Shown in pieces: positions 51,464 to 63,239 of a DNA stretch of 64,000 bases. Position 1 is the first letter of the stretch. Each line of letters begins with the position of its first letter. The stretch comes from Squalus acanthias (Eukaryota), in contig CM059431.1 of the NCBI GenBank assembly GCA_030390025.1, positions 115,818,001 through 115,882,000 on the forward strand, read 5' to 3'. Made by a program: the position numbers and the translations under genes. Under the pieces are notes generated by a model. That model had not been told where the DNA came from, searched no databases, and was given only the letters and a program-made list of their open reading frames with translations.

Positions 51464-52264
51464 TGAGTTTAGATCATTTCATCAGAATTTTAACTCGTTA
51501 GCATGTAACCCATCCAAGGGAAATTCAACTCCTCTTTTTCCCTGTTCCAGCTCCCTCCATTTATTGAGGAAGATGAAGTTTGGTGACTTGATCTCTCTGA
51601 TTATCCTGATAAGTAAGGAAGCTAGTAATGATCATTATCATTCCCAACATCATTTTTCAAAGAACGGGCGAAGATCTTGGCCAGTAGATCCAAATTAGTC
51701 ACTCCAAAGTGGATCACCCAACAAGGTAGGTCTGATTACTAAGAACACATCTTCTGATAACAAAAGCTCAATAACTCGGCCAACTTGGCAAGAGACCCAG
51801 CTGTTTGTGCCGTAACTGAGTCCTTTTATTTAGAGAAAACTGTCAATTGAGTGCCATGGGCCTAGTTGCTTTATATTACTGCCAGATTTTGTTTGGGATT
51901 CTTCATTTATTAAATGTGTCCATTCTCTGCAGAAGAAATTGCCAGTGGCATGCCTTGTCAATCCTTAGGCAACTAAACGCAGATGACATTCTTTTCACCC
52001 TGAGACTTTTATACCCTCATTGCTAGTTATAAGTTGCCAGAGGGCAGGAGTGTAACATTACCACTTTCAGAGGGGTTCAATTATCTGGGCATCTACTGAC
52101 TTGGATCAACTGCATCGCCAACAATATGGATAGTATTATTACCCAAGGTAGCTTGAACCAAATTTCACACTGAAGTGGTCTGCACATGTGCAAAAGCACA
52201 CAGGAGCTCTGGGTGTTGTAGCTTGCTTATTTACGAATTGGTGAAGGAGATACTGGGTGTTTCA

Positions 52265-52380
52265 GTATCCTACATTGTAACAGTGACTACACTTCAAAAG
52301 TACATAATTGGCTGTAAAGCGCTGTGGGACATCCGGTGGTCATGAAAGGCGCTATAGAAATGCAAGTCTTTCTTTTTTTC
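52265..52380 (+). mobile_element. DeuSINE 3' tail fragment
   Basis: ACAGTGACTACACTTCAAAAGTAC...GAAAGGCGCTATAGAAATGCAAGTCTTTC. Confidence 0.85.
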
Positions 52381-53273
52381 TATCAGAAAATAGAGGCCAA
52401 CATGAGACAATGTGGGAAATACCTCTGTGTCATGGAAAGAAAAATATGCAAGATGGTCAATGTAGCAGATTGGAGAGGAATGAGTATAACAAAGTATTGC
52501 AACTGAGATGGACACAAGAGGGAGTCAAATGATGTGAGAGACAGAAGTGATCAGAGCACTGATAACATGGGCTGATAGAAAGACAGAAGGTAACGCAATG
52601 ACCAATGCAAAATATTTGTTACTATTCTCAAAGGGAAATATGGAGGCAAAGGACAAAAAATGGACTTGAACACGTAATCTAGGCTGACACTTCAGTACAG
52701 CATCGAGGGAGTACTGCAGTAAATGAAGTGGCATATTTCAGATGAGGGGGGTGATTTTTCCAGCCCGGAGGAGGCGAGTTTGGAGGCTGGACAGTTGGCA
52801 AAATCACAAAAAGAGAGGGTGGGTTCAGAACCCGCCTCCAACCTGCCTCCGCGCAATTTTGCCGGTGGCGGGTTTGATGGGTGCAATTCGGTTCCGCCTC
52901 CATCAGTCGGGAGAGGTAGTTAAGACCCTTAAATAGTCGTTAAGGGCCTCTATAATTCTATTTTGACAGGCCTTTGTTATTTTGCCACATTTTGTGCATT
53001 TTGCACGACCCTCCTAAACCACGCCAGCTAATCCTGGCGGGTTGACAAGTGGGTGGCCTCCTCACAGCAACAGCTCCACCATTAAAATGGAGCTTTCATC
53101 AGGGATCAGTTGCAGGAGGCAGAACTTTTGTTCCACAGGTCTTTCAGTACTTTTAGTAGGCCTACCGAAGTCGGAGGTGCTGCAGCTTCTATCTCTCAAC
53201 TGTGGGACCTCCTTGGAAGACCCTCTCCCTGCTTGGACTGAGCGCTTCCCCAATGGAGGTAACTACCAGTAGC

Positions 53274-56200
53274 ATGGGAACCATTTATTTCCTTTTACCA
53301 TGGAGCTCAGATTCGGATGAGGAGCAGCCACGGCAGCAGCAGAACCAGGCAGCTCAGCAGCAACAGCAGCAGGAGCCCCAACCTTCTGCTCACCCACCTG
53401 ATGCTGCAAGGGGCAGAAGGCGCCAGCGCATGGAAGCACGTCGCCGCAGGAGATACCCCCAACACAGGGTTCAAAGACAGAGGATGAGCTACCTCAATAT
53501 GACTGAGCAGCAGTGCCAAAGGAGGCTGAGAGTTTCGCGACAGAAAAAGGGTGGCTAAAGTAAATGTTGGTCCCTTAGAGGATGAGACCGGGAAATTAAT
53601 GGTGGGAAATATGGAGATGGCAAAAACACTGAATGAATATTTTGTATCAGTCTTTACAGTAGAGGACACTAAGAATATCCCAACACTGGACAAACAGGGG
53701 GCTATAGGGGGAGAGGAGCTAAACACGATCAAAATCACTAAGGAAGTGGTACTCGGTAAAATAATGGGACTCAAGGCGGATAAATCACCTGGACCTGATG
53801 GCTTACATCCTAGAGTCTTGAAGGAAGTGGCGGTAGGGATTGTAGATGCATTGGTAATAATTTTTCAAAACTCCCTGGATTCCGCTAAGTCCCGGCAGAC
53901 TGGAAAACTGCTAATGTAACACCCTTATTTAAAAAGGGCAGTAGACAGAAGGCTGGTAACTATAGACCGGTTAGCCTAACATCTGTGGTAGGTAAAATTT
54001 TGGAGTCCATTATTAAGGAAACAGTAACAGGACATTTGGATAATCATAATTTAATAGGACAAAGTCAGCATGGTTTTACGAAGGGGAAGTCATGTTTGAC
54101 AAATTTGCTGGAGTTCTTTGAGGAAGTAACATATAGAGTGGATAAAGGGGAACCAGTGGACGTAGTGTAGTTAGACTTCCAAAAGGCATTTGACAAGGTG
54201 CCACACAAAAGATTATTGCTTAAGGTAAAAAATCACGGGATTGGGGGTAATATTCTGGCATGGATAGAGGATTGGCTATCTAACAGAAAGCAAAGAGTTG
54301 GGATAAATGGTTCATTCTCAGACTGGCAATCAGTAACTAGTGGTGTTCCACAGGGGTCAGTGCTGGGTCCCCAACTCTTCACAATCTATATTAACGATTT
54401 GGAGGAAGGGACCAAGTGTAACATATCAAAATTTGCAGATGATACAAAGATGGGAGGGAAAGTAGTGAGTGAGGAGGACATAAAAAACCTGCAAGGGGAC
54501 ATAGACAGGCTAAGTAAGTGGGCAGAGATTTGGCAGATGGAATACAACACTGGAAAGTGTGAGGTGATGCACTTTGGCAGGAAAAATCCTAGAGCAATTT
54601 ATTATCTTAATGGCAAGAAACTGGAGAGTACTGAAGTGCAAAGGGATCTGGGGGTCCTGGTGCACGAAACTCAAAAGGTTAGTATGCAGGTGCAGCAAGT
54701 GATTAAGAAGGCAAATGGAATGTTGGCTTTCATTGCTAGGGGGATAGAATATAAAAATAGGGAGGTATTGCTTCAGTTGTACAAGGTATTGGTGAGACCG
54801 CACCTGGAATACTGCATACAGTTTTGGTGTCCTTACTTAAGGAAAGACATCCTTGCTCTCGAGGCAGTGCAAAAAAGGTTCACTCGGTTAATCCCGGGGA
54901 TGAGGGGGTGGTCATATGAGGAGAGGTTGGGTAGATTGGGACTCTACTCATTGGAGTTCAGAAGAATGAGAGGCGATCTTATTGAAACATATAAGATTGT
55001 GAAGGGGTTGGATCGGGTGGATGCGGGGAGGATGTTCCCGATGACGGGTGAGACGAGAACTAGGGGACATAGTCTTAGAATAAGGGGCTGCTCTTTCAAA
55101 ACTGAGATGAGGAGGAACTACTTCACTCAGAGGGTGGTAGGTCCATGGAATATGCTGCCACAAAAAGCTGTAGAAGCTACAACATTAATTAAATTTAAAA
55201 CAGAAATAGACAGTTTCCTAGAAGTAAAGGGCATTAAGGGTTACGGGGAGCGGGCAGGAATTTGGACATGAGTCTAGGTTCGGATCGGTCATGGCCCTGT
55301 GGGTAGTGGAGCGGGCCCAGGGACTGTGTAGCCTGATTCTGCTCCTATTTCGTGTGTGCAATTCTGTTAGATGCAGGAGATGGTTCTGTGATAGATAGTA
55401 GATTGGCGGTTAGGATCAGATCAGCCATGATCTTATTGAATGGCGGAGCAGGCTCGAGGGGCCGATTGGCCTACTCCTGCTCCTATTTCTTATGTTCTTA
55501 TGTTCTTATCTGCGCACTGCTGCACCAACACCTGGAGCCCAGAGGAGCAGGTGGACACTCCTTACCAGTGGCTGTCAAAGTCACCACCGCACTCAACTTT
55601 TTTGCCTCAGGCTCCTTCCAGGGATCATCAGCAGACATGAGCGGCATCTCCCAGTCAGCCGCCCACAGTTGCATCACGCAGGTTACTGATGCCCTTTTCG
55701 CAAAGGCACACAATTACATCCACTTCTCAAGGAATCAAGCAAGTGTAACCGCCCGTTCAGTTGGCTTTGCAAATATGGCAGGCTTGCCAATAGTGCAGGG
55801 CATCATAGACTGTACACATGTGGCCCTTAGGGCACCCCATCAAAACCCTGCTATCTTTATCAACTGCAAGGGCTTCCACTCCCTCAATGTACAGCTGGTG
55901 TGTAACCACAAGAAGGAGATTTTGCATGTTTGCGCCAAGTTCTGTGGTAGTTGCCATGACTCTTTCATCCTGCAGAACGCTAGTGTTCCTCCGCTCTTCA
56001 ATCCGCCAAACCAACTTAACGGATAGCTCCTTGGTGACAAGGGCTACCCCCTGAAGAAGTGGCTAATGACGCCGATCAGGAGGCCAGCTAACGAGGCTGA
56101 GGAGCGCTACAACACCAGCCACATTTCGACCAGGTCCATCATCGAGCAAACCATTGGCTTGCTGAAGATGTGATTCTGATGCCTTGACAGATCAGGTGGA

Positions 56201-56460
56201 GCCCTGCAGTACTCAGCAGCCAGGGTCTCCAGAATGGTCGTGGTCTGCTTTACACTGCACAACATGGCACAGCGTCGTGACTTGCAGCTTCCTGATGAGC
56301 AAGTGGCTCAGTACATAGCCTCCTCAGATGAGGAGGAGGAGGAGGACTGAGCGGCGGCGTATCGATCGGCAGCAGCAGTACGTGAGCACATGGCTGCTCG
56401 AGATGCATAGGTTGCCCATTGTAGCACATGTGCTTGGCTCCTTCTTAACACATGATAGAC
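53274..56460 (+). pseudogene. Harbinger transposase (53274-53543 and 55508 to about 56460), disrupted by CR1 and nonsense codons
   Basis: MGTIYFLLPWSSDSD..polyQ..RRLRVSRQ | [58 protein letters not shown]. Confidence 0.92.
53544..55507 (+). mobile_element. CR1 LINE, 5'-truncated, with reverse transcriptase domain
   Basis: KSPGPDGLHPRVLKE, QHGFTKGKSCLTNL, SGVPQGSVLGP and KFADD motifs. Frameshift near 53885, stop at 54168, (TTCTTATG)n tail. Confidence 0.96.
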
Positions 56461-58032
56461 AATCGACATGACTCTCTGGCCTCCTTTCACTCTGACCACC
56501 AACCTGACCACGCAAGTGTCGCAGAGCCCGCAATGTGGAGCTGCCTAAGCCGAAATAACAGATGCCATCACGCCAACAGTTTGCCATCACCTCATTTTGA
56601 TACATTCACACAGGGATGGCATTTCATCAATAAACAGAAACAATCACCCAATCTGCACACAGATCTGGAGGTTATATCCCTTGCCAGCTGGACCCACACA
56701 GCCTTGGTTTCTTTGGGAGGCCTCTTCCTCCCAGATGAGGGGAAGAGCACCTCCCTGCTAGCTCTCGCCCTCTCAACCAGGATACCCAGCGCCTCATCCG
56801 AGAACCTGGGGGAAGCCCTTGCCTTGGAGCTGGCCATTCTTCAAGGAGATAAAAGTTTGAAGGTGGTGCACCATCGACCAAAAACCAGTGGAATGAGCCA
56901 AGGCAGCAAGCAGCCCTTAAATGAAGCTGGAAAAATGACGTCAGCAGAGGCGAGTTTCAGTCCCAAAAGACTAATTTTCCCAGGGGAACCCACACCTCTA
57001 AAATTAACTGGCCAATTAGGGGAAAATCGCAATTTTTTCCCACCTGACAGTGGAGGTGGGTTTGGAACCCGCCCAAACCGAAACCCCCCTCCAACCCGCC
57101 TCCAATGAGAAAATCGTGCCCGAGGTGTTCAGCCTAGACCCTGTCTGTCTGTTCTGGTGTCTCAGCTAACATGTCCCCCTCAACCAACACCAGCAAAAAA
57201 TAAATTAATTGATTATTTATCTTATTTTCTGTTTGTGGAACCTTGCCATGCACAGATTCGCTGCTACCTTTGGCTACATAACAACATTGACTATATTTAA
57301 TAATGTATTGAATGTGAATTACTTACTGATTTCCTCAGGATATGATACGATGCATTAGAGACACAAGTTCTTTCTTTACTTTTAGAAGTTTAATTATTGG
57401 TGAGCAGTCATTTTATAAAATGGTGCTCCTGTTGGGAAACCTTGCCCACTCAGAGCACGTATTAGGAATTTGGATGCGCTCCTAATAAGCCAGGCAAAAC
57501 AAAAGGAAAAAAATGAGAGAACAATTCTTGGAAGAGAGGACAAAAGTAGGACAATCATTTGGAGTGTAAAAGCTGGAAGAAATTGGAGGTGAATGGTGGA
57601 AGGGAAATAACAGCCACAAAAAAGAGAAGTGATTTACTGTCCGAATGTAATTTCTTAAATTTATAGCCATTTTTGTGAAAATAGGTCAAAGCCTGTACAT
57701 GTACCTTTAAGTCAATCAAGGTGACCCACTGAAGTGGGGTAGTGTAGCAGATCATTGTTTTTATATTATTGCATGGCAAATTGTACTGATGAAAATAACT
57801 GTTGCTCTGTATGCTCTTCTGATGCAACATTATAATAATAATATAATTCATACCAAGTATCATCTCACCAAGTCAGTTCAGTCAGTTCACTTTCATAGAG
57901 CTTGATAAAATACATATGCAAAAAACATGAGTATCTAGTCCAGACCACAAGAGGATTGTTGTTACATCCTTGGGTTATGCCATCGTTCAAGTTGAAACCG
58001 TGTTAGTCAACTCCCGTAAAGGTCATTCAAAG

Positions 58033-58160
58033 GCAAAATACTGTGGATGTTGGAAATCTGAAATATAAACAAAAAATGCTGGAAATACTCAGCAAGGCAG
58101 GCAGCATCTGTGGAGAGAGAAACAGCGTTAACGTTTCAGGTCGATGACCTTTCGTCAAAT
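58033..58160 (-). mobile_element. Penelope-like terminal fragment with hammerhead-like core
   Basis: Reverse complement reads TTGACGAAAGGTCATCGACCTGAAACGTTAACGCTGTTTCTCTCTCCACAGATGCTGCC. Confidence 0.65.
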
Positions 58161-58439
58161 GTTTTGATTAATGGAACGAAAGAATAAAAACACTGAATAA
58201 AGCTACAGCAAAAGACTAATTCAACTAGTTAAAGACTTGCTAAAGATAATTAATGAGGAACCTGTGCAGCATTTTTTTTAGCTGTGGATGTGTTTCAAAA
58301 GCTGAGTATTTTACTTCAGGTCAGACCCAGTGTTAGTGAGTTTAATTAATGCAGAGTTCGGAGTAGAAGGTACAGGAAATGTGAATGCAGAATCTCGCAT
58401 AATACCCACAATATGTAAGAAATACTGTACTGAAAAAAA

Positions 58440-59697
58440 TCCAACATTTTGGTAGGAAAAACGAGGAGAGGTAATATAAACTAAATGGTACAATTTTAAA
58501 GGGGGTGCAGGAACAGAGAGACCTGGGGGTGTATGTACACAAATCTTTGAAGGTGGCAGGACAAGTGGAGAAGTCTGTTAAAAAAAGCATATGGGATTCT
58601 TGGCTTTATTAATAAAGGCATAGGGCTGGATTTTGATACTGGGGCGGGTTGGGGTCGTGTCATCCGCATTTCGTGTTATCCACCCGACTGCAATTGGATG
58701 TGGGAGATTGAGGCAATTTTCACCTAATTGGGCAATTGAGTTCCAGCATGTGGGAACCCATGAACCAATTAGTGGTTTCAGGCTGAAAGTCGCCTCTGAT
58801 GATGTCATCATTGCTGTTGCATTGAAGGTCAGAGACTGCCTGGCTTTTGGTGTGAGAGGACCTGGATGCAAAATGAGCAGCAGCTCTAAGTCTGCTGAGA
58901 GAGAGAGAGAGAGAGTTTTTTTTTTGCATCCAGGTCCTCTCACAGCAAAGGCCAGGCAGTCTCCAAAGACCATCAGAGGCGGCTTTCAGACCTAATACTA
59001 CTACTACCTTCATCACATCTCCGTTGTAATAGTGGACCTGTAGCTGATAGTCAGCTATCCAAATGTGCTCCCGCCAGGTTTCACAATCATGGTTCAGAAC
59101 AGGCGTGCTTCACGTAGATCAAGGGTTAAAATCACAAAGGCCTTTCAAAATGGCATTATAGAGCCAATTTAGTGCTTGTTAAGGGCCTTAACAGCCTATC
59201 CCGCCTCTTAAAGGTGGGACGGAGTCGGGACCAGCAGACACAATTTAATGAAAATTGCGTGGAGGCGGGATGGAGGCGGACTTGTGCCCGCCCGCCAGTT
59301 TTCGCAATTTTAACCCCCCACACGCCTCCAAACCCGTCTCCACGGGTCAATGAAAATCCAGCCCTCAGAGTACAAAAGCAAGGGAGTTATGCTAAACCTT
59401 TATAAAACACTGGTTCGCCCTCAGCTGGAGTATTCTGGCCAATTCTGGGCACCAGACTTTAGGAAGAATGTCAGGCCTTAGAGAGGGTGCAGAAGGGATT
59501 TACTAGAATGGTGCCAAGGATGAAAGACTTCAGTTATGTGGAGAGACTGAAGAAGCTGGGGTTGTCTTCCTTACAGTAGAGAAGGTTAAGAGGAAATTTG
59601 ATAGAGGTGCTCAAAATTATGAATGGTTTTGATAGAGCAAATACGGAGAAACTGTTTCCAGTGGCAGACGGGTCAGTAACTAGAGGACACAGGTTTA
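58440..59697 (+). mobile_element. CR1 ORF2 fragment split by a MITE (58440-58622 and 59365-59697)
   Basis: EQRDLGVYVHKSLKV...GILGFINKGI | EYKSK...LYKTLVRPQLEY...LIEVLKIMNGFDR...VTRGHRF. Confidence 0.88.
58623..59364. mobile_element. Harbinger family B non-autonomous element
   Basis: Perfect 12-bp TIR GGGCTGGATTTT / AAAATCCAGCCC. Ends are homologous to 35481-37241. Internal inverted repeat around (GA)n. Confidence 0.88.
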
Positions 59698-59699
59698 GT

Positions 59700-60990
59700 G
59701 GCCGGAATTTTCTGGGGTCCGTGCGGGCGCGATCGGAAGTAGGTCGGGTGGGATATTTGAAAAAAGTTGGAGCGGGTCGGGAACCCGCTGTCGTCCCGCC
59801 CCTACGTGCCTTTCCCTCGGGCGCGTTTGCCAGTACGGCAGCGACCTGACTGGCAAAGGCAGGCGACCTAATTGAAATCATTATAAGCTTGTTGTCAGAC
59901 ACTTAAGAACCATTTTCCCACTACATTTCAAATTTCCCTGCATGGCCACGGGATTCACGCAGCTCAGGAACCACGTCTGTCCACGAGGAGTCTCCACTGC
60001 TGTCCCTGTCTCCACCATCTGCTCTTGCTCACTTGTGACTAGTGACGGACCCGGTGACAACACTACACCATCTCGCATTGGACCCACCTGAGGTGTGTGT
60101 CTCTGCGCTGGTGCTGAGTGCACTCATGTCTGGTGACGGTGCACCCTCAGAAGCTGGAGGCTCCTCTGAGGAGTTGTCTTGCTCTTCCTCCTGGACAGTG
60201 GTGGGGGGGGAGGGGAGGGGGGGGGGGGCTTTTGATGGACCTGTGGGAGAGTAAAGAGGTGAGTTAGAAATGTTATGTCAAGAATGGGTACAGATACCAT
60301 TATGCACATGATGAACTTGCACTGGCTGCTGACATCAGTCGCCATATGAGTGACTACTGTATACCATGTGTCTGTATGATATTTAATATTGTCACCAGGT
60401 TGCTGAGATGTCCCCCCCTCTCCGTCTCCCACCACCAGCTGCTCGGCCACTCCAGAGACTTCCAACGCAGACTCTTCTGCTGTTGTGAGGGTCGCAAATG
60501 ATGGACGCCCATCTCCAGTTCTCTCCCTCTCTCTCTTATTGTGTGCTCTCTTGTCCTGCAAGGAGGGAAAGAAGAGAAAGTTGAGTGAGTGTGATGGAAT
60601 GAGTGTAAGGAATGGATGGGTTACATCTTTAGAGGGTGACTATGATGGATTGGGGTGGCAGTGCTGAGTAGGCTCCTTGCGTTTTATTAATTGGTATAAT
60701 TGCATTAGGAGGTGACTGTGAGGGGTGGCTAGTAACATGGGGATGTGATAATGTAGATAGAGAGAGAGGGATGGGTGGACATGCAAGGTATGTTGGTGTG
60801 AGTAAGGATGTGCAGGAGTAGGGTTGGGAAGGCAGAGTGATGGGGATGTGATGAGAGGCTCAGAAGTTGAGTGTGGCTTTGTACTCACCTTTCTAGATCT
60901 AATGAGATCATTGAAACGTTTGCGGCACTGCACCCCGGTCCTCCTGTACACATCCCTGCTGTTGACCTCTCTGCAATTTGGAGCCAGGCT
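59700..60990 (-). mobile_element. Harbinger family A partial copy (left end plus Myb exons 1-3 fragments)
   Basis: The left end GGCCGGAATTTTCTGGGGTC matches 26052. 59975-60985 is collinear with 28463-29457. No right TIR seen. Confidence 0.88.
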
Positions 60991-60994
60991 CTTT

Positions 60995-61130
60995 TGGAGC
61001 CAGGCATCCATAGCTCTCTACGGTACAGAATTCCAAAGATTCACAATCCTTTGAGTGAAGAAATTTCTTCTCATCTCAGTCCTAAATGGCCGACCCATTA
61101 TTCTGAGACTGTGACCCCCCTATGATTCTA
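60995..61130 (-). mobile_element. CR1 fragment
   Basis: AGAATTCCAAAGATTCAC...AAATTTCTTCTCATCTCAGTCCTAAATGGCCGACCC is a close reverse-complement match to about 6060-6160. Confidence 0.8.
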
Positions 61131-61265
61131 TGTAACCAATTTTAACCTTTACCCCTTTCATCAATATATACATTTTGGAAAATTATATTTGGATTTACCA
61201 TTTATGTCTAGCATTTCAAATAATATCTAAATCTAAATTCTACATAAGCTAATCTGAAAGATCGT

Positions 61266-63235
61266 GGGGGCTAAATTGGATATCCTCTGAAAACAGGCAT
61301 GGGGATCGCGATGTGCGATTACCCCGCACCCATTCAGTGCAATGCAGGCAGCACAACATCTTCATGCTGCTTGCTCATTAAATGATTTCTACATGCAGCC
61401 AGCTCTAACTGTGTTGTTCATTGGCTGCAATCATCAGCATGGGGCCCAGTATCGTTACTTGCTAGGACTACTTAAAGCTAGCCTGCACTGCTTAAAGCTA
61501 GCCTGCACCTCTTAAAGGGAAGGTGCATTGTGGCTGCTGGAGGCACTGAAATCATTTGGAATAGTGCAGTACAACAAAGAACAATGGCTGACCATGGGAG
61601 AGTGCGTGCGCCAAGGTTTTCCGATGCTGCACTGGAGGTCTTGGTGGAGGAGATGGAAAGGAGAAGAGATGTCATGAATCCACAGGGTGGGGCAGGAGGC
61701 CCTCCAGACACACGGTGAGAAGGAAGTGGAGCAGATAGCTGCGGAGGTCAATGCCAGGAGTTTAGCCCCAAGGACCTGGAAGCAGTGCTGCAAGAATTTT
61801 AATTACCTCACACGAGTGGACAAGGTCAGCGAATGCATTTTCGAATCCCATAACCTATTAACTGCACCACTAGCCTCAGCCACTGCTCAATTCACCACAC
61901 TCCCATCCCTCACCTACCAACAATCTCTATCAATCAGGACTCAACCCTACGATTCCTATGCTTCACCTCACCCTCACACACTTAGCACTGTTGCAAACCT
62001 CACACCCACATTTCACAGCTTGAACACACTGCCAGCTATTAACATGATAGCAACTTCACCCACACATATTGCACGACACTCTTGCAGGAGAAGGTGGTGC
62101 ACAACCTGAGGTAGCAGGAACTAACCGGAGGGGGAGAGGCGCACCTGCATGTTCTAACCCCCATGGAGGAGACGGTGCTGGCCATTATCAGAAGGGCAAT
62201 TGGTCATCTCTCAATCTCTCCTGACTTACAAGCTGCAGATGGTGTAAGCATGCACCTCTTGCTTTTACCCACTCCCCTCACCAAAACCATACCCTTGTGC
62301 CTTTTTCCTTTCAGATACCCAAGAAGTGTAACCTGGCCAGGCAGTAGAGGAAGACCGAGAAGACAGTGATGATGAAGACACACCATCACTTGATTTCATA
62401 CTCGCAGCCACCAGCTCAGATACTGACATTGCGCGTATCTTAGAGGATAGCATAGATGTGCGACGTGGTGAGACACCGGGCACAAGTGCACTGCAGCCAG
62501 GGAAGAGTGCAAGGATAGCGTAGGTGCCAGCTCTCCAGAGGGCGAGGTCGTACACAAGTTCTACTGCAGAGGACTCAGATGAGGACTTTGATGGACCAGG
62601 CTACAGAAGAAGGCTGATGGGTGTACACAACAAACTGATTGATGCATTGGGAAGCCTGCCTGAAAGGCTACACTCAATGTGAAGGAACATGGAGGAGTCT
62701 GGCACCAACTTGGCACAGGGCTTTGTGCAGATTTTGGAGCCCATTCTATCTAGCATGGAACTGGTGGCCAACTCCATCAACACACTTGTGGACCCAACCA
62801 TGATGCAGCATCTGATGGCCGATGTCTTAGCTTCCATTGCAGCACAAGCAGTTTCCACCAAAAACCTGAATGCTGCAGTGGAAGATCAGACTGATGTCAT
62901 GCAAGCTCAGACTGCTGCCATCATGGCTGTGGATACCAGTGTTCAAAGGGGCTTTCAGGGTGTCACAGCAGTCCAGCAATCTGTCCTCCAACAGATTACT
63001 AGGGTTGCTGAGGCGTCGCCCCGGGGGAGTGGCAGTGGCTCCATGGAGCATGAGCCTGCCGTCCTCTCTCAGGGTGACAGCATTTGTGATCCCATCCCTG
63101 CCACTCCACCAGTGTCCTTTCTATTCCCTGTCAGCCAGCCAGCCCAGACTGCGGCCGCTCATGCCGAGATGGTCCAGTCTGAAGCCGGGCCTTCTAGGCC
63201 CAGAGCTGCTCGAGGTCATCCTGCAAGGCCAGCAC
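61266..63235 (+). mobile_element. Harbinger family C with disrupted 3-exon Myb-like gene (61584-61824, 62088 to about 62200, 62315 to about 63235)
   Basis: MADHGRVRAPRFSDAALEVLVEEM...RTWKQCCKNFNYL|GT, then CAG|EKVVHN..TGGG, then an acidic and coiled-coil-like exon 3. Left end GGGGGCTAAATT. Confidence 0.8.
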
Positions 63236-63239
63236 TGCC

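Larger units (their letters stand above)
52747..57121. mobile_element. Harbinger family B element: transposase (+) and truncated Myb exon 1 (-, ATG 56837)
   Basis: TIR GGGGGTGATTTT / AAAATCGTGCCC with a GAG TSD. The Myb remnant reads MASSKARASPRFSDEAL...KAVWVQLA. Confidence 0.92.
52662..57375 (+). mobile_element. DeuSINE split by a Harbinger (52662-52746 and 57122-57375)
   Basis: CTAGGCTGACACTTCAGTACAG...TTTCAGATGAG on the left continues as GTGTTCAGCCTAGACCCTGTCTG...CAAGTTCTTTC on the right. Confidence 0.8.

Noticed and set aside
54198..55271. 357-aa RT ORF next to a transposase as a novel RT-transposase fusion system
   Set aside because: It is a 5'-truncated CR1 inserted into the transposase. 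It has its own stop and tail, and upstream lesions.
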